From contig CAYUTA010000007.1 in assembly GCA_964447605.1 (NCBI GenBank), forward strand, positions 1,284 through 65,283: 64,000 nt of DNA, read 5' to 3'. The position numbers and the translations under genes are program-made. Shown here one piece after another: positions 6,839-17,071 of the stretch. This stretch comes from an uncultured Oscillospiraceae bacterium (GTDB lineage Bacteria; Bacillota; Clostridia; Christensenellales; CAG-138). Position 1 is the first letter of the stretch; each line of letters opens with the position of its first letter. The notes under the pieces were generated by a model. The model did no database searches. It worked only from the letters and a program-made list of their open reading frames with translations, and was not told where the DNA came from.

Positions 6839-7873
6839 ATGGAAACGCGGATCAAGCTGACCAAATTGGCCAAGTGCGCCGGCTGCGGCGCGAAGGTCGG
6901 CGCAGGAACGCTGAGCAGCCTGCTTGGCGGTCTGCCCGTTCATGGCGACCCAAACCTGCTTGTCGGATACGACCGTTCGGACGACGCGGCGGTCTACCGG
7001 ATCAATGACGAAACGGCAATTGTGCAAACGATGGATTTCTTTCCGCCGATTGTGGACGACCCGTTCCTGTTCGGCCAGATTGCGGCGACGAACGCCCTGT
7101 CCGACGTGTACGCAATGGGCGCGGAGCCAAGGATTGCGCTGAACATGCTCTGCGTGCCGCAGGACATGCCGCAGGAGGCGGTGCGGCAGATTCTTGCCGG
7201 CGGTTACGACAAGGTCTATGAGGCGGGCGCGGTCATTGCCGGCGGACACAGCATCTTTGACGAGGTGCCCAAATACGGCCTGTCGGTCACGGGCCTCGTC
7301 CACCCGGGGCGCGTGCTAAAAAACTGCGGCGCGCAGCCCGGCGACGTGCTGGTGCTGACCAAGCCGCTCGGCGTCGGCGTGCTGACCACCGCGCGCAAGG
7401 CGGAAATGATTTCCAGGGAATGTTCCGAACACATCGACTGGCTGATGTCCACGCTCAACAAAACCGCGCGCGACTGCATGGTCAGGTATCGGGTTCACGC
7501 ATGTACGGATGTGACGGGCTTTGGGCTGTTGGGACATCTTACGGAAATGATGCTCGGTTCCAGCACGTCGGCGCATCTGGATACAAAGGAGATCAACATT
7601 ATTCCGGACGCGCTCGAGTTCGCGCGCATGGGACTGCTGCCCGAAGGCATGTACCGCAACCGCGCGTTTGCTGAAAGCTATGTCGGCGCGGACGGGATTG
7701 CGCTGGAGGTGCAGGACGCGCTGTATGACCCGCAGACGTCCGGCGGGCTGCTGATGGCCGTTGACGCCAACGACGCGCCCGATTTACTGCGGGAATTAAA
7801 ATATTGCGTCCCCAGCGCGCAGCGCATCGGCACGGTCACTGAAATACAGCGCGACCGCATTATTTTAAAGTAG
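6839..7873 (+). CDS. selD: Selenide, water dikinase (Cys form)
   Basis: AGCGAK, SDDAAVY, DFFPPIVDDP, ATNALSDVYAMG, DVTGFGLLGH and DPQTSGGLL; an alternative ATG at 6830 overlaps the yqeB stop. Confidence 0.95.
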   Translation: METRIKLTKLAKCAGCGAKVGAGTLSSLLGGLPVHGDPNLLVGYDRSDDAAVYRINDETAIVQTMDFFPPIVDDPFLFGQIAATNALSDVYAMGAEPRIALNMLCVPQDMPQEAVRQILAGGYDKVYEAGAVIAGGHSIFDEVPKYGLSVTGLVHPGRVLKNCGAQPGDVLVLTKPLGVGVLTTARKAEMISRECSEHIDWLMSTLNKTARDCMVRYRVHACTDVTGFGLLGHLTEMMLGSSTSAHLDTKEINIIPDALEFARMGLLPEGMYRNRAFAESYVGADGIALEVQDALYDPQTSGGLLMAVDANDAPDLLRELKYCVPSAQRIGTVTEIQRDRIILK

Positions 7874-7946
7874 CGTCTGCGCAATTTTTAGAAAAAATTG
7901 GGCGGCCTTGTTTTGCCGGGCGGCTTATCGCATTAAAGGACTGGCG

Positions 7947-7980
7947 CAGGCCGTCAAAAAAGTCCTTTTTTGACGGCCTG
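7947..7980. repeat. Perfect 15-bp inverted repeat between convergent selD and ahcY (terminator or REP-like)
   Basis: CAGGCCGTCAAAAAA-gtcc-TTTTTTGACGGCCTG. Confidence 0.8.
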
Positions 7981-8033
7981 AAAGGGTTTCCCGCGCTTGC
8001 CTGCGCGCTCTTCTAAAACCGGGCGCTATACCG

Positions 8034-9278
8034 CTATCCCTGCCAGCTGTTGAGATACGCTTCCTGTTCGGGCGTAAGCGTGTCGATTCGCACGCCGAGG
8101 GTTTCGAGCTTGGTCCGTGCAACCGCGCCGTCAATTTCCGCGGGAACAGGATGCAGCCCGGCGGCAAGCTCGCCGCGGTGATCCGCAACATGGCGCGCGC
8201 AAAGCGCCTGAATGGCAAAGCTCATATCCATAATCTCCGCCGGGTGACCGTTGCCGGCGGCCAGATTGACCAGACGGCCTTCCGCAAGCACATACAGCCA
8301 ACGGCCGTTGTCGAGTTTGTAGCCCATGATATTCGGCTTCATTTCGCGGGCTTCAACAGCAATCTCCGACAGGCGCTTCACATCCACCTCCACGTCGAAA
8401 TGACCGGCGTTTGACAGCAGAACCCCGTCCTTCATCCGGTAGAAATCCTGCTCGCCGACGACGCGCGTACAGCCCGTGACCGAAACGAACACATCGCCAA
8501 TGGCCGCCGCTTCGAGCATGGGCATGACCTCGAAGCCGTCCATAACGGCCTCAATGGCCTTTACGGGGTCGACCTCGGTGACGATTACGCGCGCGCCCAG
8601 GCCCTTTGCGCGCATGGCCACGCCCTTGCCGCACCAGCCATAGCCCGCCACAACGACGTATTTGCCTGCGACGATGAGGTTGGTTGTGCCGTCGATGCCG
8701 TCGAACACGGACTGACCCGTGCCGTAGCGGTTGTCGAACAGGTGCTTGCAATCGGCGTTGTTGACGGCGAACATCGGGAACTTCAGCTCGCCCTCGCGGT
8801 CCATTGCCACGAGGCGCTGAATGCCCGTCGTGGTTTCCTCGCATCCGCCGAGCACGCGGCTTTCCAGCGCTGGATAGCGCGTATGGATGGTGTGCACGAT
8901 GTCGCCGCCGTCGTCGATGATAATGTCCGGCCCGGATTCAACGACGCGGTCGATGCAGGCATGATATTCGTCCATCGTGCAGCCGTGCAGCGCAAATACG
9001 TTTAGTCCGCCGGCCGCCAACGCGGCCGCCACGTCGTCCTGTGTGGAAAGCGGGTTGCTGCCCGTAATATACATTTCTGCGCCGCCCGCCGCGAGCACGC
9101 GGCAAAGATACGCTGTTTTGGCCTCAAGGTGGATGGAAAGCGCCACCTTAAGCCCGGCAAAGGGCTTGTCCTGTGCAAAGGTCTTTTCAATGCTGCGCAA
9201 AATGGGCATGTTGCGGCGCACCCATTCGATTTTGTCGTTCCCGGACTGCGCCAGATTGATGTCGCGGATGATGCTCAT
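8034..9278 (-). CDS. ahcY: Adenosylhomocysteinase
   Basis: SNPLSTQD, IIDDGGD, EETTTG, KHLFDNRYGTGQS, GYGWCGKG and EGRLVNLAAGNGHP. Confidence 0.97.
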   Translation of the reverse strand: MSIIRDINLAQSGNDKIEWVRRNMPILRSIEKTFAQDKPFAGLKVALSIHLEAKTAYLCRVLAAGGAEMYITGSNPLSTQDDVAAALAAGGLNVFALHGCTMDEYHACIDRVVESGPDIIIDDGGDIVHTIHTRYPALESRVLGGCEETTTGIQRLVAMDREGELKFPMFAVNNADCKHLFDNRYGTGQSVFDGIDGTTNLIVAGKYVVVAGYGWCGKGVAMRAKGLGARVIVTEVDPVKAIEAVMDGFEVMPMLEAAAIGDVFVSVTGCTRVVGEQDFYRMKDGVLLSNAGHFDVEVDVKRLSEIAVEAREMKPNIMGYKLDNGRWLYVLAEGRLVNLAAGNGHPAEIMDMSFAIQALCARHVADHRGELAAGLHPVPAEIDGAVARTKLETLGVRIDTLTPEQEAYLNSWQG

Positions 9279-9416
9279 AGGTTTCTTATCCTCCCTCGAA
9301 ATACGATTTATGATTTCAGGCACGTTTTTTGCGGATTTTTGCTCCGCATCTTTCTCCCGATTCCCGTTTTTTATTACATTAATCCGTATCCGCCGCCGTG
9401 ATTGTACCCGAACCGT

Positions 9417-10634
9417 TTACGCCGCGTCCCGCAGCGTCCCCTGAGCGGATGCAAACAGCGCGAGCGCGGCCTTTAACTGTGTATCGGCCGCATGGTCGAG
9501 CAGTTCTATGGGCGTGCTTTTCAACTCCTCGGGCAGTTCAACGGCGATATCCGGCGTAATGCCCACGCCATGGATGCACACGTCGTTTGGCGTATAGTAC
9601 GCGTCGGTGGTCAGCTTCATCCAGCCCGCGTTGCCACTGAGCCGGAAGTAGCTCTGCACAATGCCCTTTCCATATGTCTGCGTGCCGACGACGGTGGCGA
9701 TGTCGTGATCCTGCAACGCGCCGGTGAGCAGTTCACTGGCCGAGGCCGACCCGCCGTTGACCAGTACGGCCATGCGCATCTCAATGCGTTCCTGCCCCTG
9801 GCTCTTATATACTTCAGCCGCCTCGGTCTTGGATTTGATTGTCGCAATCAGCTGCCCCTCCGGAATCAGATGATACGCCACGCCGAGCACCTCGGTCAGC
9901 CCGCCGCCAGGATTGTCCCGCACGTCGATGATAAGATCCGTAACGCCCTGGCTGCGGATGGTTTTGGCCGCGTTCCAGAAATCGTTGGCCACGCTGCCGT
10001 TAAACTCTGAAATGCGGATATATCCAACGCCGCCGTCGAGGATTTCATAGGTAACGCGCTCAACGTGCACCTCGCCGCGCAAAACCGTTATCTCAAGCTG
10101 CTCCGAGCCGCGCAGAATAGACAGTACGTCCGGCACCGCGTCGTCGTCAGAAAACAGCGCAATGTATTCGTCCATGCTCAGGCCGCCCGCCCGTTTGCCA
10201 TTGATCGCGGTAACCACGTCGCCCTTTTTTACCCCCGCGGCCTCCGCCGGGCTGCCTGCATACACATCGAGAATGAGGCTGCCCGTTTCATCCGGCGCGG
10301 CCACGCTGATGCCCAGACCCTTGTAATCGCCCGCGTCCTCGACGAGCAGCGCGTCGTATTCCTCCTGCGTGTAATAGCCGGCGTACGGGTCGGAAAGGCC
10401 CGCCATCATGCCGCGCAGCGCGTTATCGATAAGCTGCTCTTTATTGTTGCCGCTTTCTTCATAGAAATAAAAATATTTTTCGATGTTCTCCGCCATCTCG
10501 CGCAGGGTATTGAACGTTGCGCCGTCGCCAAAGGCAATCCGGTCGTGCAAAACATAGCCAAGCCCCACCGACATCGCAATGACGAGCAGAGCGCAGATAA
10601 TCATTACGATTAGGCCGGCGTCCGGTTTTTTCAT
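9417..10634 (-). CDS. S41 carboxy-terminal processing protease (CtpA/CtpB-like)
   Basis: N-terminal TM, PDZ domain, DVRDNPGG, SASASE and TYGKG.VQ; start at MKKPDAG. Confidence 0.92.
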   Translation of the reverse strand: MKKPDAGLIVMIICALLVIAMSVGLGYVLHDRIAFGDGATFNTLREMAENIEKYFYFYEESGNNKEQLIDNALRGMMAGLSDPYAGYYTQEEYDALLVEDAGDYKGLGISVAAPDETGSLILDVYAGSPAEAAGVKKGDVVTAINGKRAGGLSMDEYIALFSDDDAVPDVLSILRGSEQLEITVLRGEVHVERVTYEILDGGVGYIRISEFNGSVANDFWNAAKTIRSQGVTDLIIDVRDNPGGGLTEVLGVAYHLIPEGQLIATIKSKTEAAEVYKSQGQERIEMRMAVLVNGGSASASELLTGALQDHDIATVVGTQTYGKGIVQSYFRLSGNAGWMKLTTDAYYTPNDVCIHGVGITPDIAVELPEELKSTPIELLDHAADTQLKAALALFASAQGTLRDAA

Positions 10635-10641
10635 ATGCGCG

Positions 10642-12132
10642 TCAGCCCCTCTCCCGCGCGTCCGGGCGCACCGGATCGACAACACGCCGCGGCATATCGG
10701 CCAGATCGCACACGCATAAGAACCGTTCCGGCTTGCCGCGCAGCCCGGTAATACCCTGCGGCACCGGAAGGCCCGTAATCTCGTGCAGACGGTCGACATT
10801 TGCAAAGTCGTCGCTGCCGGCCGGCTCGAAGGCCGCCAGCACGTCGGTGGCGAACTTATAGGGGTTGGCCGTGGAGAGCAGAACCGTCTGTGTCGCATCG
10901 CCCGTCCGCTCCGCATACCGCTCATAAACCGTCTGTGCGACCGCTGTGTGCGGGTCCATCAAATACCCGTGCGCGTCGTACACGCGGCGGATGGCGGCAA
11001 GCGTATCCTCCTCGCTGCACCAGCCCGCGGCAAACATTTTGGAAAGCGCGCGCTGCGCGTCGGCCCCGATCTCGTAGCGCCCGGTTTCCTTCAGCCGCCG
11101 CATCCATTCCGCGACCGTAGCCGTATTGCGGTCCGCAAGCTCATAGAGCAGGCGTTCAAGATTGGAGGAGATCAGGATATCGATCGAGCAGCTCATGGAC
11201 CGATAGAACGGGCGCTTGTCGTCATACACGCCGGTGGCAAAGAAGTCCGCAAGCACATTGTTGCGGTTGGACGCACAGATCAGCTTATGCACGGGCAGGC
11301 CCATCCTGCGCGCATATTCGCCCGCAAGGATATCGCCAAAGTTGCCCGTTGGCACGCAGAAATTGACCGGCGCGCCGGGCGCAACGCGGCCCGATTGCAC
11401 CAGCCTGAGGTAGGAAGTAAAATAGTACACGATCTGCGGGAGCAGCCTGCCGAAATTGATGGAGTTGGCGCTCGACAGCCGGCAGCCCAGCGATTTAAGC
11501 GTCTCCCGTATGCCCGGGTCGGCAAATATCTGCTTGACGCCTGTTTGCGCGTCGTCAAAATTGCCGCGCACGGCGCACACGTCCACATTGCGCCCCTCCT
11601 GCGTGACCATCTGCCGCCGCTGCGCCTCCGATACGCCGCCGTTTGGGTAAAACACCAGCACGCGCGTGCCCTCCACGCCTGCAAACCCCTCCAGCGCGGC
11701 CTTACCCGTATCGCCGGACGTAGCCACAAGGATATAAACCGCTTCGTTCACGCCGGTAATTTGCAGCGCGTTGGTCAAAAGATGCGGCAGCATCTGCAGC
11801 GCTACGTCCTTAAACGCCATCGTCGGTCCATGCCACAGTTCGGCAATGGATTCCGTCTGCGTCAGCAAAACGACCGGCACGACCTCCGGCGTATCAAAGC
11901 GCCGATACGCCGCGCCGATCATGTCGCCAAGCTTTTTTGCATTGGTATCGGAAAGATACGGCCCCATCACCGCGGCGGCCACGTCCGCATAGCGGGTCAG
12001 GCCCGCAAGCGCAGCCACGTCGAGCGTCGGATAGGTTTCCGGTACGTACAGCCCGCCCGACGGGGCGATGCCGGATACGATGGCCTGCGAGGCCGTGACC
12101 GCGTCGCCGCCCCGCGTGCTGAAATACTTCAT
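10642..12132 (-). CDS. thrC: Threonine synthase
   Basis: YFSTRG, ELWHGPTMAFKD, ATSGDTG, SANSINFGR and PTGNFG. Confidence 0.96.
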   Translation of the reverse strand: MKYFSTRGGDAVTASQAIVSGIAPSGGLYVPETYPTLDVAALAGLTRYADVAAAVMGPYLSDTNAKKLGDMIGAAYRRFDTPEVVPVVLLTQTESIAELWHGPTMAFKDVALQMLPHLLTNALQITGVNEAVYILVATSGDTGKAALEGFAGVEGTRVLVFYPNGGVSEAQRRQMVTQEGRNVDVCAVRGNFDDAQTGVKQIFADPGIRETLKSLGCRLSSANSINFGRLLPQIVYYFTSYLRLVQSGRVAPGAPVNFCVPTGNFGDILAGEYARRMGLPVHKLICASNRNNVLADFFATGVYDDKRPFYRSMSCSIDILISSNLERLLYELADRNTATVAEWMRRLKETGRYEIGADAQRALSKMFAAGWCSEEDTLAAIRRVYDAHGYLMDPHTAVAQTVYERYAERTGDATQTVLLSTANPYKFATDVLAAFEPAGSDDFANVDRLHEITGLPVPQGITGLRGKPERFLCVCDLADMPRRVVDPVRPDARERG

Positions 12133-12162
12133 AAGTCTCATGCTGTCCTTTGCGTCCGTTTC

Positions 12163-12582
12163 TTATGTATCGTGCAGTACCATACCGCGCATGTATTCCG
12201 GCAGGGTTTTCTCGCTGCCGTTGACGCTGATGATGATGTTGAAATTGCGCTGTCTGGAAAACTCGTACAACTCCGTGAAATGCTGTTCGAGCGTGTCGAG
12301 CGGATGGTGCGCGATGGCAATGTATCCATCTATAAAAAGATACTCGAGGTCAAAATCCATCGCAGCGACGCCGCAGAGGAAACCATAGAGCATTTTCGGG
12401 GTCACGATTCCGTATTCAGTTGCGTTAATGAAGCGGATGTTGGTAGCCAGATCGTACATGTAGCTGTTGTCGCTGTCGATAAATACGAGACTTCCCTTTG
12501 CTTCTTTTGCGGATTTGTTGGCCATGTCCAGAATGCGTTTGGTTTTGCCAGTACCCTTTTCTCCGAAAATGACTCCTATCAA
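12163..12582 (-). CDS. Conserved clostridial small P-loop-containing protein
   Basis: IFGEKGTGKTK P-loop-like motif, FLCGVAAMDFDLEYLFID; TTG start with AAAGGGG RBS. Confidence 0.8.
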   Translation of the reverse strand: MIGVIFGEKGTGKTKRILDMANKSAKEAKGSLVFIDSDNSYMYDLATNIRFINATEYGIVTPKMLYGFLCGVAAMDFDLEYLFIDGYIAIAHHPLDTLEQHFTELYEFSRQRNFNIIISVNGSEKTLPEYMRGMVLHDT

Positions 12583-12813
12583 GGTCGGATTCCCCCTTTT
12601 CGTTTTTTTTATTATAGTACGCTTTTACCATTCTCCGCAAGCAAAAGGCGCAAGTTTCATAATTGTTCCGCAATCCGACAAATTGCGGTGCTGGACGCGG
12701 CAGGCAGGCGCGTCGGCTTACCGTAATGCAGGGCCGCTTCCTCGCAAACGGCAGCGAGGTGGAATACGGCATCCGTCCCCTTCCACCGCCCTTCCCTGCC
12801 CGCCGTTTTTTCA

Positions 12814-12842
12814 TTGTACCATATGACGGGGTGTGCTATAAT
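12814..12842 (+). promoter_or_regulatory. sigmaA promoter for pcrA-ligA
   Basis: TTGTAC-N17-TATAAT with TGn extension. Confidence 0.65.
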
Positions 12843-12869
12843 TTCAATACTATGATATTTGGGGGACTT

Positions 12870-15113
12870 ATGGATTTAAGCACACTCAACGACCGGCAGC
12901 GCGAGGCGGTGGAGACCACCGAAGGGCCGCTGCTGGTGCTCGCTGGCGCGGGCAGCGGCAAAACACGCGTGCTGACGCACCGGATTGCGTATCTAATGCA
13001 GGAAAAACAGGTTGCGTCCTGGAATATCCTTGCGCTGACGTTTACCAACAAGGCCGCGGGCGAAATGCGCGAGCGCGTCGAGCGGCTCATCGGCGTGTCC
13101 GCAAAAAACATGTGGGTGCTCACGTTCCATGCGTGCTGCGCGCGCATCCTGCGCATGGAAATCGACAAGCTCGGATATGAAAAAACGTTCGTCATCTATG
13201 ACGATTCCGACCAGCAGGCGCTTTATAAGAAGATCATCCGAGGCAACAATCTCAACGACAAGGTATTCACGCCGCGCGGTCTCGCCTCGCAGATTTCCAA
13301 TGCAAAAAACCATTCCGTCGACGCGCAGCAGTACCTGCGCGACAGCTATGCGCCCAAGGAGGTCATGGGCGTTTACCTGCAATATCAAAAGCAGCTCAAG
13401 CAAAACAACGCGCTCGACTTTGACGACCTGCTGCTGTGCGTCCACCGGCTGTTTACGTCGTTCCCCGAGGTGCTGGAAAAATATCAAAAAAAGTTTTCCT
13501 ATATTCTGGTCGATGAATATCAGGACACCAATTTGGTGCAATACCACATCGTGCAGATGCTCGCAAAAGCGCATCGAAACATCTGTGTGGTGGGCGACGA
13601 CGACCAGAGCATCTATGGCTGGCGCGGCGCGGACATCCGCAACATCCTTGAGTTTGAAAAGGACTTTCCCGGCGCGGCGGTCATCCGGCTGGAGCAGAAC
13701 TACCGCTCCACCGGCGCCATCCTCAGCGCGGCCAACCGGATCATTGCGCACAACCGCGGCAGGAAGCCCAAGAAGCTCTGGACGGCCGGCGGCACGGGCG
13801 AACCGCTCGATTTATATGAGGCAATGGATGAACGCGACGAGGCCAACCGCGTCTGCAGCCGCATCCTGCAGGGGACGCGTTACGGCGACCGCAGCTGCAA
13901 CGACTACGCCATCCTTTACCGTACGCATGCGCAGAGCCGCGTGCTGGAAATGTACTTGAAAAGCTATGATATCCCCTATCGCGTTTACGGCGGCACGTCG
14001 TTTTTTCAGCGCGCGGAGGTCAAGGACATCCTGTCTTACCTGCGCTTAATGCACAACCCCAACGACGACGTGGCGTTTTTGCGCATCATCAACGTGCCGC
14101 GCCGCGGTATCGGCAACGCGGCTGTTTCCGCGCTTTCCGAACATGCCGCCGCAAACGGGCTGCCGCTGTTTCCCGCGCTGACGACGCTGCCGGCGGATGC
14201 GCTGCCGCGTCACCGCGCCAAGCTCGAGGCCTTTTATGAAATCATGCAAAGCGTATATCGCGAGCTGGGCAACCGTTCGCTTGCCGATGTAACGGAGCTT
14301 CTGCTCGACGCCATTGGTTACGACGCGTATCTGCGCGAGGACAAAAAGGAAAACTATGAGGTGCGTGCGGACATCGTCAATGAATTCGTCGGCTATATCC
14401 GTGAATTCACCGCCGGCGTCAACGAGGCCGAAACCGACCCGCTCCAGTCCTTTCTGGAGACCGTCGCGCTGTTTTCTCAGGCGGATGACGTGGACGGACA
14501 AAACGGGCGCGTTGCGCTGATGACGCTGCATTCGGCAAAGGGCCTCGAATTCCCCATTGTATTTTTGACCGGACTCGAGGAGGGCCTTTTCCCCTCTTCC
14601 CAGTCGTCTTTCGAACCGGAAAAGCTCGAGGAGGAGCGCCGGCTATGCTATGTCGGCATCACGCGCGCAATGGAGCAGCTGCATATAAGCTATGCGCGAA
14701 GCCGCATGATGTACGGCAAGATCAACCCGTGCATGCCGTCGGTATTTTTGCGCGAACTCGGCGACGCGCTGCCACAGCAAAGCCGCCCGCAGCCACGCCA
14801 CGCCCCCGCGGCCAAGCCTGCGTTTACGCAGCCGGCCCCCATGCACACCCTGACCCCGCAGGAGCGCATAAAGCAGCCCGTGCCGCGCATCCGTCTCGGC
14901 GAACAGCCGGCCCCCGCGGTCGCCGCGGCCGCAGTCGCCAACCTGCGCGAGGGCATGCGCATTTCGCACAACGCCTTTGGAAACGGCACGGTGCTCTCCG
15001 TCAGCGGCGCAGGCAGTTCACAAATTGTGGAAATCGCCTTTGACAGTGGAGCAAACAAGAAATTTGCCGCGGCCTACGCACCTATAATCAAACTGGAGGA
15101 TTCGCCCGCATGA
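12870..15113 (+). CDS. pcrA: ATP-dependent DNA helicase PcrA/UvrD
   Basis: LAGAGSGKT, LVDEYQDTN, VGDDDQSIYGWRGA, LEQNYRS, MTLHSAKGLEF and EERRLCYVGITRA. Confidence 0.96.
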   Translation: MDLSTLNDRQREAVETTEGPLLVLAGAGSGKTRVLTHRIAYLMQEKQVASWNILALTFTNKAAGEMRERVERLIGVSAKNMWVLTFHACCARILRMEIDKLGYEKTFVIYDDSDQQALYKKIIRGNNLNDKVFTPRGLASQISNAKNHSVDAQQYLRDSYAPKEVMGVYLQYQKQLKQNNALDFDDLLLCVHRLFTSFPEVLEKYQKKFSYILVDEYQDTNLVQYHIVQMLAKAHRNICVVGDDDQSIYGWRGADIRNILEFEKDFPGAAVIRLEQNYRSTGAILSAANRIIAHNRGRKPKKLWTAGGTGEPLDLYEAMDERDEANRVCSRILQGTRYGDRSCNDYAILYRTHAQSRVLEMYLKSYDIPYRVYGGTSFFQRAEVKDILSYLRLMHNPNDDVAFLRIINVPRRGIGNAAVSALSEHAAANGLPLFPALTTLPADALPRHRAKLEAFYEIMQSVYRELGNRSLADVTELLLDAIGYDAYLREDKKENYEVRADIVNEFVGYIREFTAGVNEAETDPLQSFLETVALFSQADDVDGQNGRVALMTLHSAKGLEFPIVFLTGLEEGLFPSSQSSFEPEKLEEERRLCYVGITRAMEQLHISYARSRMMYGKINPCMPSVFLRELGDALPQQSRPQPRHAPAAKPAFTQPAPMHTLTPQERIKQPVPRIRLGEQPAPAVAAAAVANLREGMRISHNAFGNGTVLSVSGAGSSQIVEIAFDSGANKKFAAAYAPIIKLEDSPA

Positions 15114-17071
15114 CACGGCAGGAGGAACTGGTTGCCCTGCTCAACCGATACAACCAAGCTTATTATGCAAGCGACGCACCGCTGATTTCCGACGCGGAAT
15201 ATGACGCGCTTTACGACGAGCTGCTTTCGCTCGAGAAGGAAACCGGCTTGGTGCTGCCGGACTCGCCCACGCGGTCAATCGGCGCGAGCGCGACGGCGTT
15301 CTTGCCGCACACGCACATTGCAAGGCTGTACAGCCTCGACAAGGTGCGTTCCTTTGACGCGCTGCGCGAGTGGGCCGCGCGCGTGGAACGGCTCTGCGGC
15401 GGCCTCGGGCAGCCGCGCTATGCGCTCGAGTACAAGTTTGACGGTTTGACTGTGAACCTCACCTATGAAAACGGCCGACTGGTTCAGGGCGCAACGCGCG
15501 GAAACGGGGTGACCGGCGAGGGCATACTCGAGCAGCTCGCGACCATTCAAAGCCTGCCGCGCGCGATTCCGTTTACGGGGCGCATGGAGGTGCAGGGCGA
15601 ATGCATCATGCGATTGTCCGTGCTGGCCGCCTATAACGAAACGAGCGACGAACCGCTGAAAAACGCGCGTAACGCCGCGGCCGGCGCGCTGCGCAATCTC
15701 GACCCGCGCGTGACCGCCGCGCGTAATCTCGACTGCTTCTGCTACAACGTGGGCTATATTGAGGGTAAGGCGCTGCGCGAACAGAGTGATATGCTTGCGT
15801 TTCTCGCCGAAAACGGATTCCCCATCAGCCCCTATGTCCGTTATTGCGACAGTGTGGATGCGCTGATGCAGGAAATCGATTCGGCGGGCGACACGCGCGG
15901 CGCGCTGGATTTTCTGATCGACGGCATGGTGGTCAAGGTGACCAGCTTTGCGCTGCGCGAGGCGCTGGGGGAAACGGAAAAATTCCCGCGCTGGGCCGTG
16001 GCGTTTAAATTCGCGTCCGAGGAAACGACCTCCACCGTGCTCAACGTGACCTGGGAGGTCGGGCGCACGGGCAAACTGACGCCGCTGGCGCACCTCGCGC
16101 CCGTGGAGCTTGCGGGAGCGACCATCCGCCGGGCCACGCTGAACAACTATGACGACATTCTGAGAAAGCGCGTGGGAATCGGTTCGCGCGTATTTCTCCG
16201 CCGCAGCAACGACGTGATTCCTGAAATTCTGGGAAGCGTGCCGGACGATAAGCCGGAGCGGCCCGTGGAGCAGCCCGTCCGCTGCCCGCAATGCGGCGCG
16301 CACGTCGAGCAGCGGGGCGCGCACATGTTCTGCACCAATTCGCTGTCCTGCAAAGCGCAGATCAAACTGCGCATCGCACACTATGCTTCGCGCAACGCAA
16401 TGGATATCGGGACCCTAAGCGACAAAACGGCCGGGCAGCTGATCGAGGCCTTCGGCATCTCAACCATCCCCGAGTTGTATGGACTGACCGCCGAGTCGCT
16501 TGCCGCACTCGACCGTTTTGGCAAAAAAAAGGCCCAAAATCTCATCGACGCGCTCGAGGAGAGCAAACGCCGTCCCCTGGGCGCGTTCCTGTTCGCGCTC
16601 GGCATTCCAAACGTAGGCGTAAAGACCGCGCGCGACCTTGCAAAGCGCTTTGGCACGTTGGAAGCCGTGCGCGCCGCCGCGCGCGAGCCGCTACTCGACG
16701 TTCCGGAAATCGGGGAGGTCGTCGCCGACAGTATCCTGGCGTTCTTCTCCGACCGCTCGATTGCCGCGCAGATCGACGCGCTGCTTGCCCACGGCGTTTC
16801 GCCCGCACCGGAGGTAAGCGCGGGCGACGACGCGCCGCTTGCAGGCATGACCTTCGTTGTGACCGGCGCCCTGCCCACGCTTGGACGGCGGGAGGCCGAG
16901 GCGCTCATCGACAAGCACGGCGGCAAGGCGGCGGCCGGCGTAAGTAAAAAAACAAGTTTTGTTCTGGCCGGTGAGAACGCAGGCGGCAAGCTCGATAAGG
17001 CCCGCGCGCTCGGTATTCCCGTAATCGACGAGCCGGAACTGATGCAAATGATTGGAGAGTTACGCACATGA
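15110..17071 (+). CDS. ligA: NAD-dependent DNA ligase
   Basis: EYKFDG, TRGNG, RNAAAG, VGRTGK, zinc finger and BRCT domain. Confidence 0.96.
   Translation: MTRQEELVALLNRYNQAYYASDAPLISDAEYDALYDELLSLEKETGLVLPDSPTRSIGASATAFLPHTHIARLYSLDKVRSFDALREWAARVERLCGGLGQPRYALEYKFDGLTVNLTYENGRLVQGATRGNGVTGEGILEQLATIQSLPRAIPFTGRMEVQGECIMRLSVLAAYNETSDEPLKNARNAAAGALRNLDPRVTAARNLDCFCYNVGYIEGKALREQSDMLAFLAENGFPISPYVRYCDSVDALMQEIDSAGDTRGALDFLIDGMVVKVTSFALREALGETEKFPRWAVAFKFASEETTSTVLNVTWEVGRTGKLTPLAHLAPVELAGATIRRATLNNYDDILRKRVGIGSRVFLRRSNDVIPEILGSVPDDKPERPVEQPVRCPQCGAHVEQRGAHMFCTNSLSCKAQIKLRIAHYASRNAMDIGTLSDKTAGQLIEAFGISTIPELYGLTAESLAALDRFGKKKAQNLIDALEESKRRPLGAFLFALGIPNVGVKTARDLAKRFGTLEAVRAAAREPLLDVPEIGEVVADSILAFFSDRSIAAQIDALLAHGVSPAPEVSAGDDAPLAGMTFVVTGALPTLGRREAEALIDKHGGKAAAGVSKKTSFVLAGENAGGKLDKARALGIPVIDEPELMQMIGELRT

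Noticed and set aside
4754-7873. Selenocysteine (UGA) recoding, SECIS or tRNA-Sec near selD
   Set aside because: The SelD active-site residue is encoded by TGC, no in-frame TGA continues into conserved sequence, and no tRNA-Sec cloverleaf was found.
10783-12726. 647-aa plus-strand ORF, and similar long antisense ORFs at 39535-41130, 51920-53497 and 58301-59893
   Set aside because: These mirror well-supported genes on the opposite strand (thrC, APC permease, ftsH, glyQS); GC-rich codon bias removes antisense stops; no recognisable motifs.
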